DNA of 20,000 nucleotides from IMG/VR virus record IMGVR_UViG_3300042883_000765; one strand, given 5' to 3'. The position numbers and the translations under genes are program-made. The stretch's first letter is position 1; every line of letters begins with the position of its first letter. Of this stretch, positions 1 through 7,766 are shown piece by piece. This stretch comes from an uncultured virus (IMG/VR IMGVR_UViG_3300042883_000765) (taxonomy: Duplodnaviria; Heunggongvirae; Uroviricota; Caudoviricetes). The notes under the pieces are model-generated. The model was not told the DNA's origin, made no database searches, and worked only from the letters and a program-made list of their open reading frames with translations.

Positions 1-81
1 CCCGTAACTGAAACAACCTATGCTCTTGCTAACCTGAGATTTAACCGAATCCCAGGATACACAGGAGAAACAACATTGTGA
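1..81 (+). CDS. 3' end of an upstream gene (partial), ...PVTETTYALANLRFNRIPGYTGETTL*
   Basis: Frame 1 is open from base 1 to TGA 79-81, which overlaps the GTG start of the next gene (GTGA coupling). Confidence 0.6.
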   Translation, partial: PVTETTYALANLRFNRIPGYTGETTL

Positions 82-332
82 CCTTACTAATAGGCGGCTT
101 AGCCGTTTATAAAGTTATTCATATCATTACAAGTGCCTTGCCAAAGAAACTTAATGGTTGGGTCATTGTTTTGTCTGGGGCAATTCTGGGAATCATTATT
201 TCCGTCTTTATATCTTCCGAGGATGTTGTGTTTAGTGGGTTGGCTATGGCTACAATTGCCAGTGCCACTCACTCGGTGTTGCGATTGATCACTCTCGTAG
301 GTGACTCATCAATACGCCAGTCCTTCCAATAG
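78..332 (+). CDS. Small membrane protein, 84 aa (holin-like candidate)
   Basis: AGGAG RBS at 63-67, 2-3 hydrophobic segments and a polar C-terminus. The holin call is inference only. Confidence 0.6.
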   Translation: MTLLIGGLAVYKVIHIITSALPKKLNGWVIVLSGAILGIIISVFISSEDVVFSGLAMATIASATHSVLRLITLVGDSSIRQSFQ

Positions 333-341
333 GAGAACAAC

Positions 342-1220
342 ATGCCCACCAAGAAAGTTATTGGTGTTATCGGAAAAGGTAACGCCAGCCTCAACATCAT
401 TGAAGACTCATTGTCCGAACTGGTCAATGACAGTATCTTTGTCCTGCCATGGTATGGCGGTAAGCCTGACGAAAGTCTTGACCGCGTCTACACCGCAATC
501 ATTGACTTCGGTCATGAGTACATCATGGTCGGTAACCGCATTCCGCGCTCAGTCTTAAAAGATGCCAAAGATTGGGAAGATACTGAAGATGCAAACTCAG
601 CCGTACTCAATTATGTCCAACGCCTAGCGGGTGAAAAGTCATTACTCGTTTTGTGGGATGACGCTCCTGAAACTGAAGACACATTGCTGAAGGCTCACGC
701 CATTGGTATCCGTCTACTTGACCTCACAAATGCACTTGCGCCAATTGATGTCGTTGATGTGCAGGAAATTAAAGAAGTGCCCGAAGTGCCCGAAGTGCCC
801 GAAGTGCCCGAAGTGCCCGCAGTTAAAACGGACCGAGAAGAAGCACTTGAGAAAGTCCTTAATGAAATTAAAGAGAAACAAATTGCTGAGGAATATAGAC
901 CGGAGGCATTTACTGAAGAAGAATTGCGTATGCAACCAATTTCTGCATTGCGCCGTCAGGCTAAGTTGCTTGGTATTGAAATTGAAAAGACTACGACCAA
1001 GGAACAACTCATTGGCATCCTGCTGAATGGTCTTGATGACATTGGTTTGGTTGAGCCAGTAACTAAACTGCCAGTAACTGCTTTGAAGGTCACCGTGCAC
1101 AGGTCTGAGTATGAATTGGCGCATTACATGTTTTCTAGTGAAAATATTCCCCATGTTGAACAAATATTGGGCGCTCTACAAATGATTGCACCAGAAGATG
1201 ACAATGTACATTCATTTTAA
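342..1220 (+). CDS. Hypothetical protein: SLOG-like N-terminal domain, EVP-repeat linker, HeH/Rho-N-like helical domain
   Basis: AGGAG RBS. KVIGVIGKG and LLVLWDD...T...A..IGIRLLDL resemble SLOG strand motifs. TEEELRMQPISALRRQAKLLGI...TKEQLIGILL resembles Rho-N/HeH. Confidence 0.6.
   Translation: MPTKKVIGVIGKGNASLNIIEDSLSELVNDSIFVLPWYGGKPDESLDRVYTAIIDFGHEYIMVGNRIPRSVLKDAKDWEDTEDANSAVLNYVQRLAGEKSLLVLWDDAPETEDTLLKAHAIGIRLLDLTNALAPIDVVDVQEIKEVPEVPEVPEVPEVPAVKTDREEALEKVLNEIKEKQIAEEYRPEAFTEEELRMQPISALRRQAKLLGIEIEKTTTKEQLIGILLNGLDDIGLVEPVTKLPVTALKVTVHRSEYELAHYMFSSENIPHVEQILGALQMIAPEDDNVHSF
774..818 (+). repeat. Perfect 9-bp tandem repeat (GAAGTGCCC)x5 encoding (EVP)5
   Basis: Five exact copies starting at 774, 783, 792, 801 and 810. 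Confidence 0.95.
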
Positions 1221-1254
1221 AATGTAGCCACAGTTACATCCAAATGTAGCCACA
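1220..1254. repeat. 13-bp direct repeat AAATGTAGCCACA x2 (22-bp period)
   Basis: Copies at 1220-1232 and 1242-1254 in the convergent intergenic gap. Confidence 0.85.
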
Positions 1255-1259
1255 ATAAG

Positions 1260-1289
1260 AAACACCCCCTAACGGGGGTGTTTTGTTAT
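1260..1289. terminator. Bidirectional intrinsic terminator
   Basis: AAACACCCCC-TAAC-GGGGGTGTTT stem-loop, A-rich on the left and T-rich on the right, between convergent genes. Confidence 0.85.
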
Positions 1290-1922
1290 CTACTTCTTTT
1301 TAACTTCGTATTCGTAGCGGTCATCATCAGAAGTTACCCACTTGTGAGCATCTTCGGTATCCCATTTTCTTGTATTCACAAGACGCTCAATAAGGGTGCC
1401 AGTTTTAGTGGTAAATGACGGGTCAAACAAACGCACTCTGTTGTTTGGTTGGATTGCAAAGTTGCCATCATCTCTTTCAATGACATGACCACATTTGTGC
1501 TGACCAGGGTTCAAAGAAAAACCACCGTTAAGCACATTGTCGTCTGGAGAGTGCCAATCAAGCGTGAAAAGGTATTTGCCGTTGACAAATTCTCCTGAAC
1601 GGGCAACATATGTCATACGCATATTTCGCATAGCCTGAAATTCAGTGACAGCAATGTTTGCCGAAAAAGAGTTCCAAAGGACAAGTTCGTGAATATCAAC
1701 CTCAGGAGAATCTTCACGAGAACAAAAGGCTGAAATTGGCATACGCCACCACACGCCACCATCTTCCATAAGAAAATGAAACAGTGGGCTTCTTCCTTGT
1801 ATTGAAGTTACCCCAAAGATCATGCATGGAAACTTGAGATCATGGCTATCACGCTGATCGCGCAAATAATTACCACGGACAAAACATTCAATAACAGGAA
1901 TGTTTGCATTTAATTCGGGCAC
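1290..1922 (-). CDS. Conserved phage protein of unknown function, 210 aa
   Basis: GTG start overlaps the upstream TAG. Motifs LNANIP, YLFTLDW, HKCGH and GNFAIQPNNR recall a widespread aquatic-phage hypothetical family (from memory, not searched). Confidence 0.8.
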   Translation of the reverse strand: MPELNANIPVIECFVRGNYLRDQRDSHDLKFPCMIFGVTSIQGRSPLFHFLMEDGGVWWRMPISAFCSREDSPEVDIHELVLWNSFSANIAVTEFQAMRNMRMTYVARSGEFVNGKYLFTLDWHSPDDNVLNGGFSLNPGQHKCGHVIERDDGNFAIQPNNRVRLFDPSFTTKTGTLIERLVNTRKWDTEDAHKWVTSDDDRYEYEVKKK

Positions 1923-2092
1923 TACTTACCACTTTTTTTCTTAGATGCATTCATATTGTCAACAAGATTAGGGTAAGGCCGGCCTGCGGCTTTGGCGGCG
2001 GCTTTTGCCTTAGCCTTCTGATCGGGGGTTAGTTTCTTATCAGACTTAGTTGGGTCTTTAGTTTCCCAAACTTTCTTTTTCTTCTCAGCCAT
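1922..2092 (-). CDS. Small basic protein, 56 aa (absent from the ORF track): MAEKKKKVWETKDPTKSDKKLTPDQKAKAKAAAKAAGRPYPNLVDNMNASKKKSGK
   Basis: Translated by hand. It fills the gap exactly: ATG 2 nt after the upstream stop, and its TAG overlaps the next GTG. It is Lys/Ala-rich with a GRPYPNLVDN motif. Confidence 0.85.
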   Translation of the reverse strand: MAEKKKKVWETKDPTKSDKKLTPDQKAKAKAAAKAAGRPYPNLVDNMNASKKKSGK

Positions 2093-2094
2093 GA

Positions 2095-2358
2095 TTACTT
2101 CTTTCCTCGGTTACGGGCGCGGTTCTTGGATGGGTCTTCCTTAACTAATTTACCATCTTTGGTATGGGACAGATCATCTCCACCCTTACCCATGATGCCA
2201 CGCTTACGACGCTCTTCTGAGAGTTCGCGGCGCTTCTCTTTCTGTTCGGGCTTAGCGTTAAATTTCTTATCTGTTTCAGCCTTCTTCTCCCGAGCCTCAG
2301 GATGATCTCGGTAATACTTTGCTGTTCTCTTTGGGTTTTCTGTTTTACGGGGAGCCAT
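2095..2358 (-). CDS. Small basic protein, 87 aa, with a degenerate HNH-like C-terminus
   Basis: Likely start MAPRK at 2358 (TAATG overlap with the upstream stop). DLSHTKDGKLVKEDPSKNRAR resembles a minimal His-Me/HNH motif. Confidence 0.7.
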   Translation of the reverse strand: MAPRKTENPKRTAKYYRDHPEAREKKAETDKKFNAKPEQKEKRRELSEERRKRGIMGKGGDDLSHTKDGKLVKEDPSKNRARNRGKK

Positions 2359-2648
2359 TACCATTTCACCTTGTCGGCCCAATAAGCCGCGCTCATCTTA
2401 CCCTTAGCAATATTTTTACCGTGGCGAGCCTTAAACGATGCGCGCTTATCCTTCATGCGCTCAGACTCTCCCTCTTTGGGCTTACCTGCTGTCTCGGCGC
2501 CCTGTTCACCAAACCTAATCAACTTGACGGTCTCTCCTTGTTTTGCAAGAACCGCATGTGATTTGGTGGGATGATCAGGTGTCGCCTTCGGCTTGTTATA
2601 ACCCGAGAAGGTTTCTCCACTGCGTGTGTATTTATTCTTTTCAACCAT
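2358..2648 (-). CDS. Conserved small basic phage protein, 96 aa
   Basis: Motifs YNKPK..P.HPTKSH, IRFG.QG, SFKARH and SAAYWA.KVKW recall a widespread phage DUF family. The gene is coupled to its neighbours. Confidence 0.8.
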   Translation of the reverse strand: MVEKNKYTRSGETFSGYNKPKATPDHPTKSHAVLAKQGETVKLIRFGEQGAETAGKPKEGESERMKDKRASFKARHGKNIAKGKMSAAYWADKVKW

Positions 2649-2658
2649 GATGGTTACC

Positions 2659-3102
2659 TCACTTAACCGATGCTCGTAGTTGCCATGACCATTTCATTTG
2701 ACTGTCAACCCTCTCGGATAAGAAGTTTGCAATACCCTGCTGGTCGGCTTTGGTTGCTTCTTTGAATGAGGCATTTAACTGAGTGATCAGTGCCTCGTTA
2801 GCCTTCAACAATGCCGTTGACATTGCCTTAGGATTCGGACTTACTTCTTTGAATTCAAGTGTCCGAAGATCAATAAACTTCTGAAGATTGAACGGTGCGT
2901 AATCATCCAGTTTGCGGATGTTCTCAGCGACTGGGTCAATCATTGTGTAGGCATCTTCATAGATTTCTGCGAAGAGACCGTGGTACTGGCTGAAGTCAGA
3001 ACCCTCAACATTCCAGTGAAATCCGTGCGCCATGAAGTAGAAAGTGACGGTGTCAGATAATAGGGTTTTGAGGGATTTGGTAAGGGCTGGGGCTGTCGCC
3101 AT
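2659..3102 (-). CDS. dps: Dps-family mini-ferritin (DNA protection during starvation)
   Basis: HWNVEG..F..YH.LF.E.Y and D.VAE.IR motifs. Ferroxidase ligands H29/H41/D56/E60 have canonical spacing. AAGGAG RBS at 3110-3115 on the - strand. Confidence 0.93.
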   Translation of the reverse strand: MATAPALTKSLKTLLSDTVTFYFMAHGFHWNVEGSDFSQYHGLFAEIYEDAYTMIDPVAENIRKLDDYAPFNLQKFIDLRTLEFKEVSPNPKAMSTALLKANEALITQLNASFKEATKADQQGIANFLSERVDSQMKWSWQLRASVK

Positions 3103-3116
3103 GTGTGGACTCCTTG

Positions 3117-3168
3117 TATGGAATGGGGCGCTTATAGCATAACTCTACACTATAGCGCCCCATCCATA
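3117..3168. promoter_or_regulatory. Long imperfect inverted repeat directly upstream of the dps RBS
   Basis: TATGGAATGGGGCGCTTATAG (3117-3137) pairs with CTATAGCGCCCCATCCATA (3150-3168): 19 bp, two single-base bulges, 12-nt loop. Confidence 0.65.
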
Positions 3169-3310
3169 ACCACCACGCTGAGCAAGGAGATCAGCGACAC
3201 CCGAGGAGAACCACCAACTCGGTGTTTAGATCATACAGAAAGAAATCAGTGTACGCAACACCTTCTCCCCCTTTTCTTGTGTATGCTTTCCGACACCACG
3301 AGGAGCCACC

Positions 3311-4561
3311 ATGTCTAGAAAACTTAACGGACCGTTTGCCGCGGTCCCAATATGGGCGATTGATTTGATCACCAAAAAGGGCAATCCGACCCACTCCCAT
3401 ATCCTCATGTGCATCATCCGCTTGACACCCTTTGACGGCAATCCGATTATGACAATTGACGACATCTCAGGAATCTCAGGACTGTCACCTTCTACGGTTA
3501 AACGATCAATTAAGTGGTTAGAGTTACACAAAGTAGTAACATCAACCATACTTTCAGCGAACCGTGGGAAGAGCATAATTGTCAATTACCGCAAGCCCAA
3601 AGGGGGGTTCACCAGTGACCTAGCCCTACGCAAAGGTGGGGTCACCAGTGACCTGCCTACCCCCAAAGGGGGGGTCACCAGTGACCTACCAGGGGGGTCA
3701 CCAGTGAACCCCCCACGAGGCTGTGACCAGGGGGAACGCGTCTCTATAGATAGTACTTTAGATATAGTACAAAGGAAAATGTCTAACGACATTTTCCTTT
3801 GTGGGCTTCGCCCGAAAAAACAACAAGGAGAACCTATGCCCACTTTTGGTGCTGACCCTGACAACGACCGACCATGGGATGAGACCATCGCCCTGAAGAA
3901 AACCACCAGTGAAGTCTCACAAGTCCTAGACCATTTTGAACTCACCGCCCGCAGGGTTGGTGGGAAGATAACCCCCACGGGTGAGCGCCCAGCATTCCGC
4001 GCTCAGATCAAGCGCCTAATCAATGCTGGGGTCAAGGTCCCCGACCTGACCAAGATGACCGAGGAATTCTTTGCCCTATCACGGAACATTGAATCCCCAG
4101 CGCCATGGCGAGTCTTTTGTTCCCGAGAAGTCCAAACAGGGATGATGTCCAAAATGACGGGGGTCTCGCAGAACTCCCCGATACTGGGGTGGGTATCCGA
4201 CGATTTTCAGCATGGCTCCGATCTCCCATGGGACGAAGACATTAATCAAAAAATGCAAAAGATTATTTGGAGGCGAGGGATGGATGTCGCGTACAGATAC
4301 CCCGAGTTGCTGGTGGGTATCGCAGAAGTGGCATTTGAAGACATCTCGTTTTTTGATACTTTAATCCAGTCAGCATCCTTCCTCATCACAAACTGCACGA
4401 CAGTGCTTGACAACGAACTGGCTCCTGTGCGTAGTATCTTGACCGACGCAGGGATTGCCATCCCCGAAGATATTCTTGCCCGCAAAAACTTGCGTGAGTT
4501 AGCACCATCACTCAAGCAAGCCGTAGTTAATTATCAACTCACAAGGAGAACCACAACATGA
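3311..4561 (+). CDS. Phage replication initiator (N-terminal winged HTH, lambda O-like organisation)
   Basis: GAGGAG RBS. TIDDISGISGLSPSTVKRSIKWLE is an HTH. The gene contains an iteron array and lies directly upstream of DnaC-like and DnaB genes. Confidence 0.8.
   Translation: MSRKLNGPFAAVPIWAIDLITKKGNPTHSHILMCIIRLTPFDGNPIMTIDDISGISGLSPSTVKRSIKWLELHKVVTSTILSANRGKSIIVNYRKPKGGFTSDLALRKGGVTSDLPTPKGGVTSDLPGGSPVNPPRGCDQGERVSIDSTLDIVQRKMSNDIFLCGLRPKKQQGEPMPTFGADPDNDRPWDETIALKKTTSEVSQVLDHFELTARRVGGKITPTGERPAFRAQIKRLINAGVKVPDLTKMTEEFFALSRNIESPAPWRVFCSREVQTGMMSKMTGVSQNSPILGWVSDDFQHGSDLPWDEDINQKMQKIIWRRGMDVAYRYPELLVGIAEVAFEDISFFDTLIQSASFLITNCTTVLDNELAPVRSILTDAGIAIPEDILARKNLRELAPSLKQAVVNYQLTRRTTT
3602..3802. 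other. Putative replication origin: four palindromic iterons, AT-rich tract and perfect hairpin
   Basis: GGTCAC-CA-GTGACC consensus at 3607, 3640, 3673 and 3696. AT-rich from about 3745. A 15-bp perfect inverted repeat spans 3769-3802. Confidence 0.75.
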
Positions 4562-5151
4562 CCTCAGCACCGCCGACCGAATGGAAATCAGCACGATGGT
4601 GGCAGAACCGACCTCTTGAGGAGCGACTTGCATGGGCCAACTTCCCACCGCGTTGGAAAGACGCCCAGTACGAAGAATCTCTGATTTCAGACAAGACCTT
4701 TAACGCCATCGCTAAGTTCATCAGCGGTGAATCCAACGGTTTGTTTTTGCATGGACCAAGCGGTGCTGGCAAGACCCCAATCGCAGTATCTATCTTGCGG
4801 GACATCCTCACAAACAAATCTGCTTCAGGTCGGTTCATTACGGCAGATCGCTATGTTGAGATGCTCAAGGACCAGTTTGACAACGATAACGAACTTCCCG
4901 AGATGTACTCCATGCCACACATCGTCAAGTACCTCAAGGGTGTTTTTGACATTGTCGTGCTTGATGCAGTTGGGGATGAACGATCAACTGAATTCTCACA
5001 ACATGAAATCGGGAGTTTATTGCGCCGACGCAATGAGGACCTTCGTAAAACAATCATTACAACATGCCTGTCCCCAACCGAATTTGTTCGGCGCTACGGT
5101 GATCGTGTTGCAACTGTTCTAGAGGACATGACGATCAGCACGGTGTCCTGA
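4558..5151 (+). CDS. DnaC/IstB-like AAA+ ATPase (helicase loader)
   Basis: Walker A GPSGAGKT, Walker B-like IVVLDAVGDE, and LLRRR...KTIITT...YGDRV. AAGGAG RBS and ATGA overlap. Confidence 0.85.
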   Translation: MTSAPPTEWKSARWWQNRPLEERLAWANFPPRWKDAQYEESLISDKTFNAIAKFISGESNGLFLHGPSGAGKTPIAVSILRDILTNKSASGRFITADRYVEMLKDQFDNDNELPEMYSMPHIVKYLKGVFDIVVLDAVGDERSTEFSQHEIGSLLRRRNEDLRKTIITTCLSPTEFVRRYGDRVATVLEDMTISTVS

Positions 5152-5585
5152 TGCAGGGCAATGACCTAGCCCCATACGCACCAATCCAGCAAGCAGTTTT
5201 GTTTGAGGGAGTCTTAGCAAGTTACCCAAAAGGTGCAAAGTCAGTACGCAACTGGTTTGCATCAAAAGTCAAAGACATGCCCACACTGGTTAACACCATG
5301 AAGCCAAACGAACTACCACTGAAGTCTCTAATTGATTCAGTGAACCGCCGTGGTATTGGTACATTGATTTACACGCTCATGCCAGTTGAGGCAGTTCCCG
5401 AAATTGAGCATTGGTTAATCCGCAAAGGTGTTTCTACTTCGGTAGAGGCTTACCCTGACATTGAAACATTGGCAGAAGACCTACGCTTCAACAGAAGTAT
5501 TCATGTTATTTATGTTGCCACCCAAGAACAGCAAGCAATCATTGGGATACGCGCTACAGTGCTTGGTTCCGAAAGAGCGTGGTAA
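5151..5585 (+). CDS. Hypothetical protein, possibly a degenerate HAD fold
   Basis: TGATG coupling. VLFEGVLA resembles HAD motif I (DxDGVL) but lacks the catalytic Asp. Confidence 0.65.
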   Translation: MQGNDLAPYAPIQQAVLFEGVLASYPKGAKSVRNWFASKVKDMPTLVNTMKPNELPLKSLIDSVNRRGIGTLIYTLMPVEAVPEIEHWLIRKGVSTSVEAYPDIETLAEDLRFNRSIHVIYVATQEQQAIIGIRATVLGSERAW

Positions 5586-5587
5586 TC

Positions 5588-6841
5588 ATGTCGTCCCCCG
5601 AACATCTCCTAGTTTCAAAGATCATCCAAACTGCTGACATTGCAACGCCGTTAAAATCCGGAGTTAAGGAAGAACACTTTTCAGATACATGGCAGGGCGT
5701 GTGGCATTGGCTTACGGGCTTTTACCGAGAACACAATGCCGTACCGACAGCGCGTGTATTCAAGTCACAGTACGCCGACATCCAGTTGTATGACGCCGAG
5801 GCTGAAACATTCTCACGACTCATTGAGGAAATCTTTCAGGCGCATACTCAGCACCGTTTGATTGAGGTCATCTCAACAACAATGCCATTGTTGAATGTTG
5901 GTCGTACCAAAGATGCCCTAGACACACTGACGGTTGGTATTCAAACAGCCGCGGTTGAAGTGTCCCGCATGCGGGATATTGACATCATCCAAAACTGGGA
6001 AACTCGCGTTATGCGCTACGAAGAAATGCGTAGCACACCAAACTCCCTGCGCGGTATCCCAACAGGGTTCTTTGGTTTAGACAGAATTACTTCAGGTCTC
6101 AGACCGCAACAGTTCGTTGTATTCGTGGGTGAGCCAAAGCGTGGTAAGTCTTTGTTTGCTCTTATTATTGCTAACTCTTGCCACATCCATGGCAAGATTC
6201 CCATGTTCGTTTCGTTTGAAATGAGCATTGAGGAACAAGAAGCGCGTTACGACGCAATCATCTCCAAGACCCCATTCAACAAGATTCTTCGTGGTGAGTT
6301 AGATAACAAAGAAATGGAACGCATTCGTCGCTCCCTCATGCAACGCAAGAACATGCAACCGTTTATCTTCAGTGAAGACACCTCGTCACTCACGACTATC
6401 TCAGCCCTTACGGGCAAGGTCAAGGAGTACTCACCTGACCTATTGATCGTTGACGGTGTGTATCTCATGGACGATGAGGAAGGTGAAGCCAAAGGAAGCC
6501 CGCAGGCATTAACCAATATCACCCGTGGTCTAAAGCGTATGTCTCAGAAACTTGACATTCCTGTTGTGGCAACGACGCAGGCTCTTGGTTGGAAACTTGG
6601 TAACAAGAAGACGCGAGCAATTACTACCGACGCAATTGGTTACTCATCGTCGTTCGTGCAAGACGCAGACCTAGTACTCGGCGTTGAGCGTAACCCTGAC
6701 TTAGACGATCAAGCAATCATTCGCGTAGTCGCGGCTCGTTCCGCACCCACAGGTGAAGTACACATCAAGTGGGACTGGGAGAACATGGACTTCTCGGAGG
6801 TGACTGCGGATGGCTATGGTGTCGGAGACGCATTTGACTGA
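5588..6841 (+). CDS. dnaB: DnaB-like replicative helicase
   Basis: GIPTGF..LD..T.GL, Walker A GEPKRGKS, SFEMS, LLIVDGVYLM, LK.M...LDIPVV..TQ and QDADLV motifs. Alternative GTG start at 5579. Confidence 0.95.
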   Translation: MSSPEHLLVSKIIQTADIATPLKSGVKEEHFSDTWQGVWHWLTGFYREHNAVPTARVFKSQYADIQLYDAEAETFSRLIEEIFQAHTQHRLIEVISTTMPLLNVGRTKDALDTLTVGIQTAAVEVSRMRDIDIIQNWETRVMRYEEMRSTPNSLRGIPTGFFGLDRITSGLRPQQFVVFVGEPKRGKSLFALIIANSCHIHGKIPMFVSFEMSIEEQEARYDAIISKTPFNKILRGELDNKEMERIRRSLMQRKNMQPFIFSEDTSSLTTISALTGKVKEYSPDLLIVDGVYLMDDEEGEAKGSPQALTNITRGLKRMSQKLDIPVVATTQALGWKLGNKKTRAITTDAIGYSSSFVQDADLVLGVERNPDLDDQAIIRVVAARSAPTGEVHIKWDWENMDFSEVTADGYGVGDAFD

Positions 6842-7727
6842 TCTTGGGAATGTCCTCAAGTCACTCGGCGTAGATATTCGCCGTGCCGAGGGCAAGGAAA
6901 TCTCAGGACGCTGTCCCGTGCATAAGCGCGTCACGGGACGCGATGATGGTTCCCCATCATGGAGCATGAGCGCAGAGACTGGTCTATGGATTTGTTTCTC
7001 ATGCGGTGCCCGCGGAACATTGAGCATGCTGGTCTCAGAATTAACTGGAGAACCAGACGCGATTATGGCTGTCCATCATTTTCTGATTGACCGCAACTTA
7101 GAAAGACTTACTTCTGAGGTAGAAGTTGTTAAAAAGAAACCCGAAGTTGATTGGATTTCATTTTCAAAGTTTGGTGCCGCACCCGAAATAGAACTCAGGA
7201 AACGAGCAATTGACCCCGACCAAGCCCGAAGTCATGGTATCCGATGGGATACGGAGCGAGCCGCTTGGATTATCCCCATCGTTAACCAGTTTGGTGACCT
7301 ACAGGGATGGCAGACCAAGGCTAAGGACTGGGTCCGCAACTTCCCAGTTGGTGTCAAGAAATCTGAGAGCCTGTTTGGTATTGAACGCTTCAAGGGCGGT
7401 ACAGCAATCTTGGTGGAATCCCCACTTGATGTTGTGCGCTTTGCCAGTGTCTTTGACAAGCCACAAGCCTTAGCGACTTTTGGGGCGGCTGTTAGTTCTA
7501 AGCAGATCGGTCTCTTAGCATCAGTTGCTGACAAGGTAATCATCGCAATGGATAATGATGATGCTGGAAAACAATCATCAAAGAAGTTCTTTAAATCCTT
7601 GCCATACTTCCGCAAAGGTGTATGGTGGTGGGATTATTCGGGAACTACCGCCAAAGATATTGGTGACATGACCAATAATGAAATAGAACTCGGATTAATA
7701 AACTCAACGCAAATGCCGAATTGGTAA
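6810..7727 (+). CDS. DNA primase (CHC2 zinc finger + TOPRIM)
   Basis: CPVH...CFSC zinc finger, LVESPLD and MDNDDAG TOPRIM motifs. GGAGGTGA RBS at 6796-6803. Confidence 0.92.
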   Translation: MAMVSETHLTDLGNVLKSLGVDIRRAEGKEISGRCPVHKRVTGRDDGSPSWSMSAETGLWICFSCGARGTLSMLVSELTGEPDAIMAVHHFLIDRNLERLTSEVEVVKKKPEVDWISFSKFGAAPEIELRKRAIDPDQARSHGIRWDTERAAWIIPIVNQFGDLQGWQTKAKDWVRNFPVGVKKSESLFGIERFKGGTAILVESPLDVVRFASVFDKPQALATFGAAVSSKQIGLLASVADKVIIAMDNDDAGKQSSKKFFKSLPYFRKGVWWWDYSGTTAKDIGDMTNNEIELGLINSTQMPNW

Positions 7728-7766
7728 TCTGCGCGCTATATTTACAAATCAACCCAGGAGGACCAA

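Noticed and set aside
703..1026. ORF with (KCP)n repeats, and the antisense 714..1163 ORF with (GHF)n, resembling metal-binding repeats
   Set aside because: Both are alternative-frame readings of the 9-bp tandem repeat inside the RBS-supported 342..1220 gene.
3103..3310. tRNA or known riboswitch in the longest intergenic region
   Set aside because: No cloverleaf, T-loop GTTC or recognisable aptamer consensus was seen by eye. An Rfam search would be decisive.
3103..3585. Track ORFs 3103..3318, 3191..3400 and 3226..3585
   Set aside because: They have no convincing RBS or motif, and they overlap the regulatory region or are antisense to the initiator.
3602..3714. Palindromic repeats as a mini-CRISPR array
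   Set aside because: The repeats are only 14 bp, the spacers are 9-19 bp and similar to each other, and the array lies inside a CDS. Iterons fit better.
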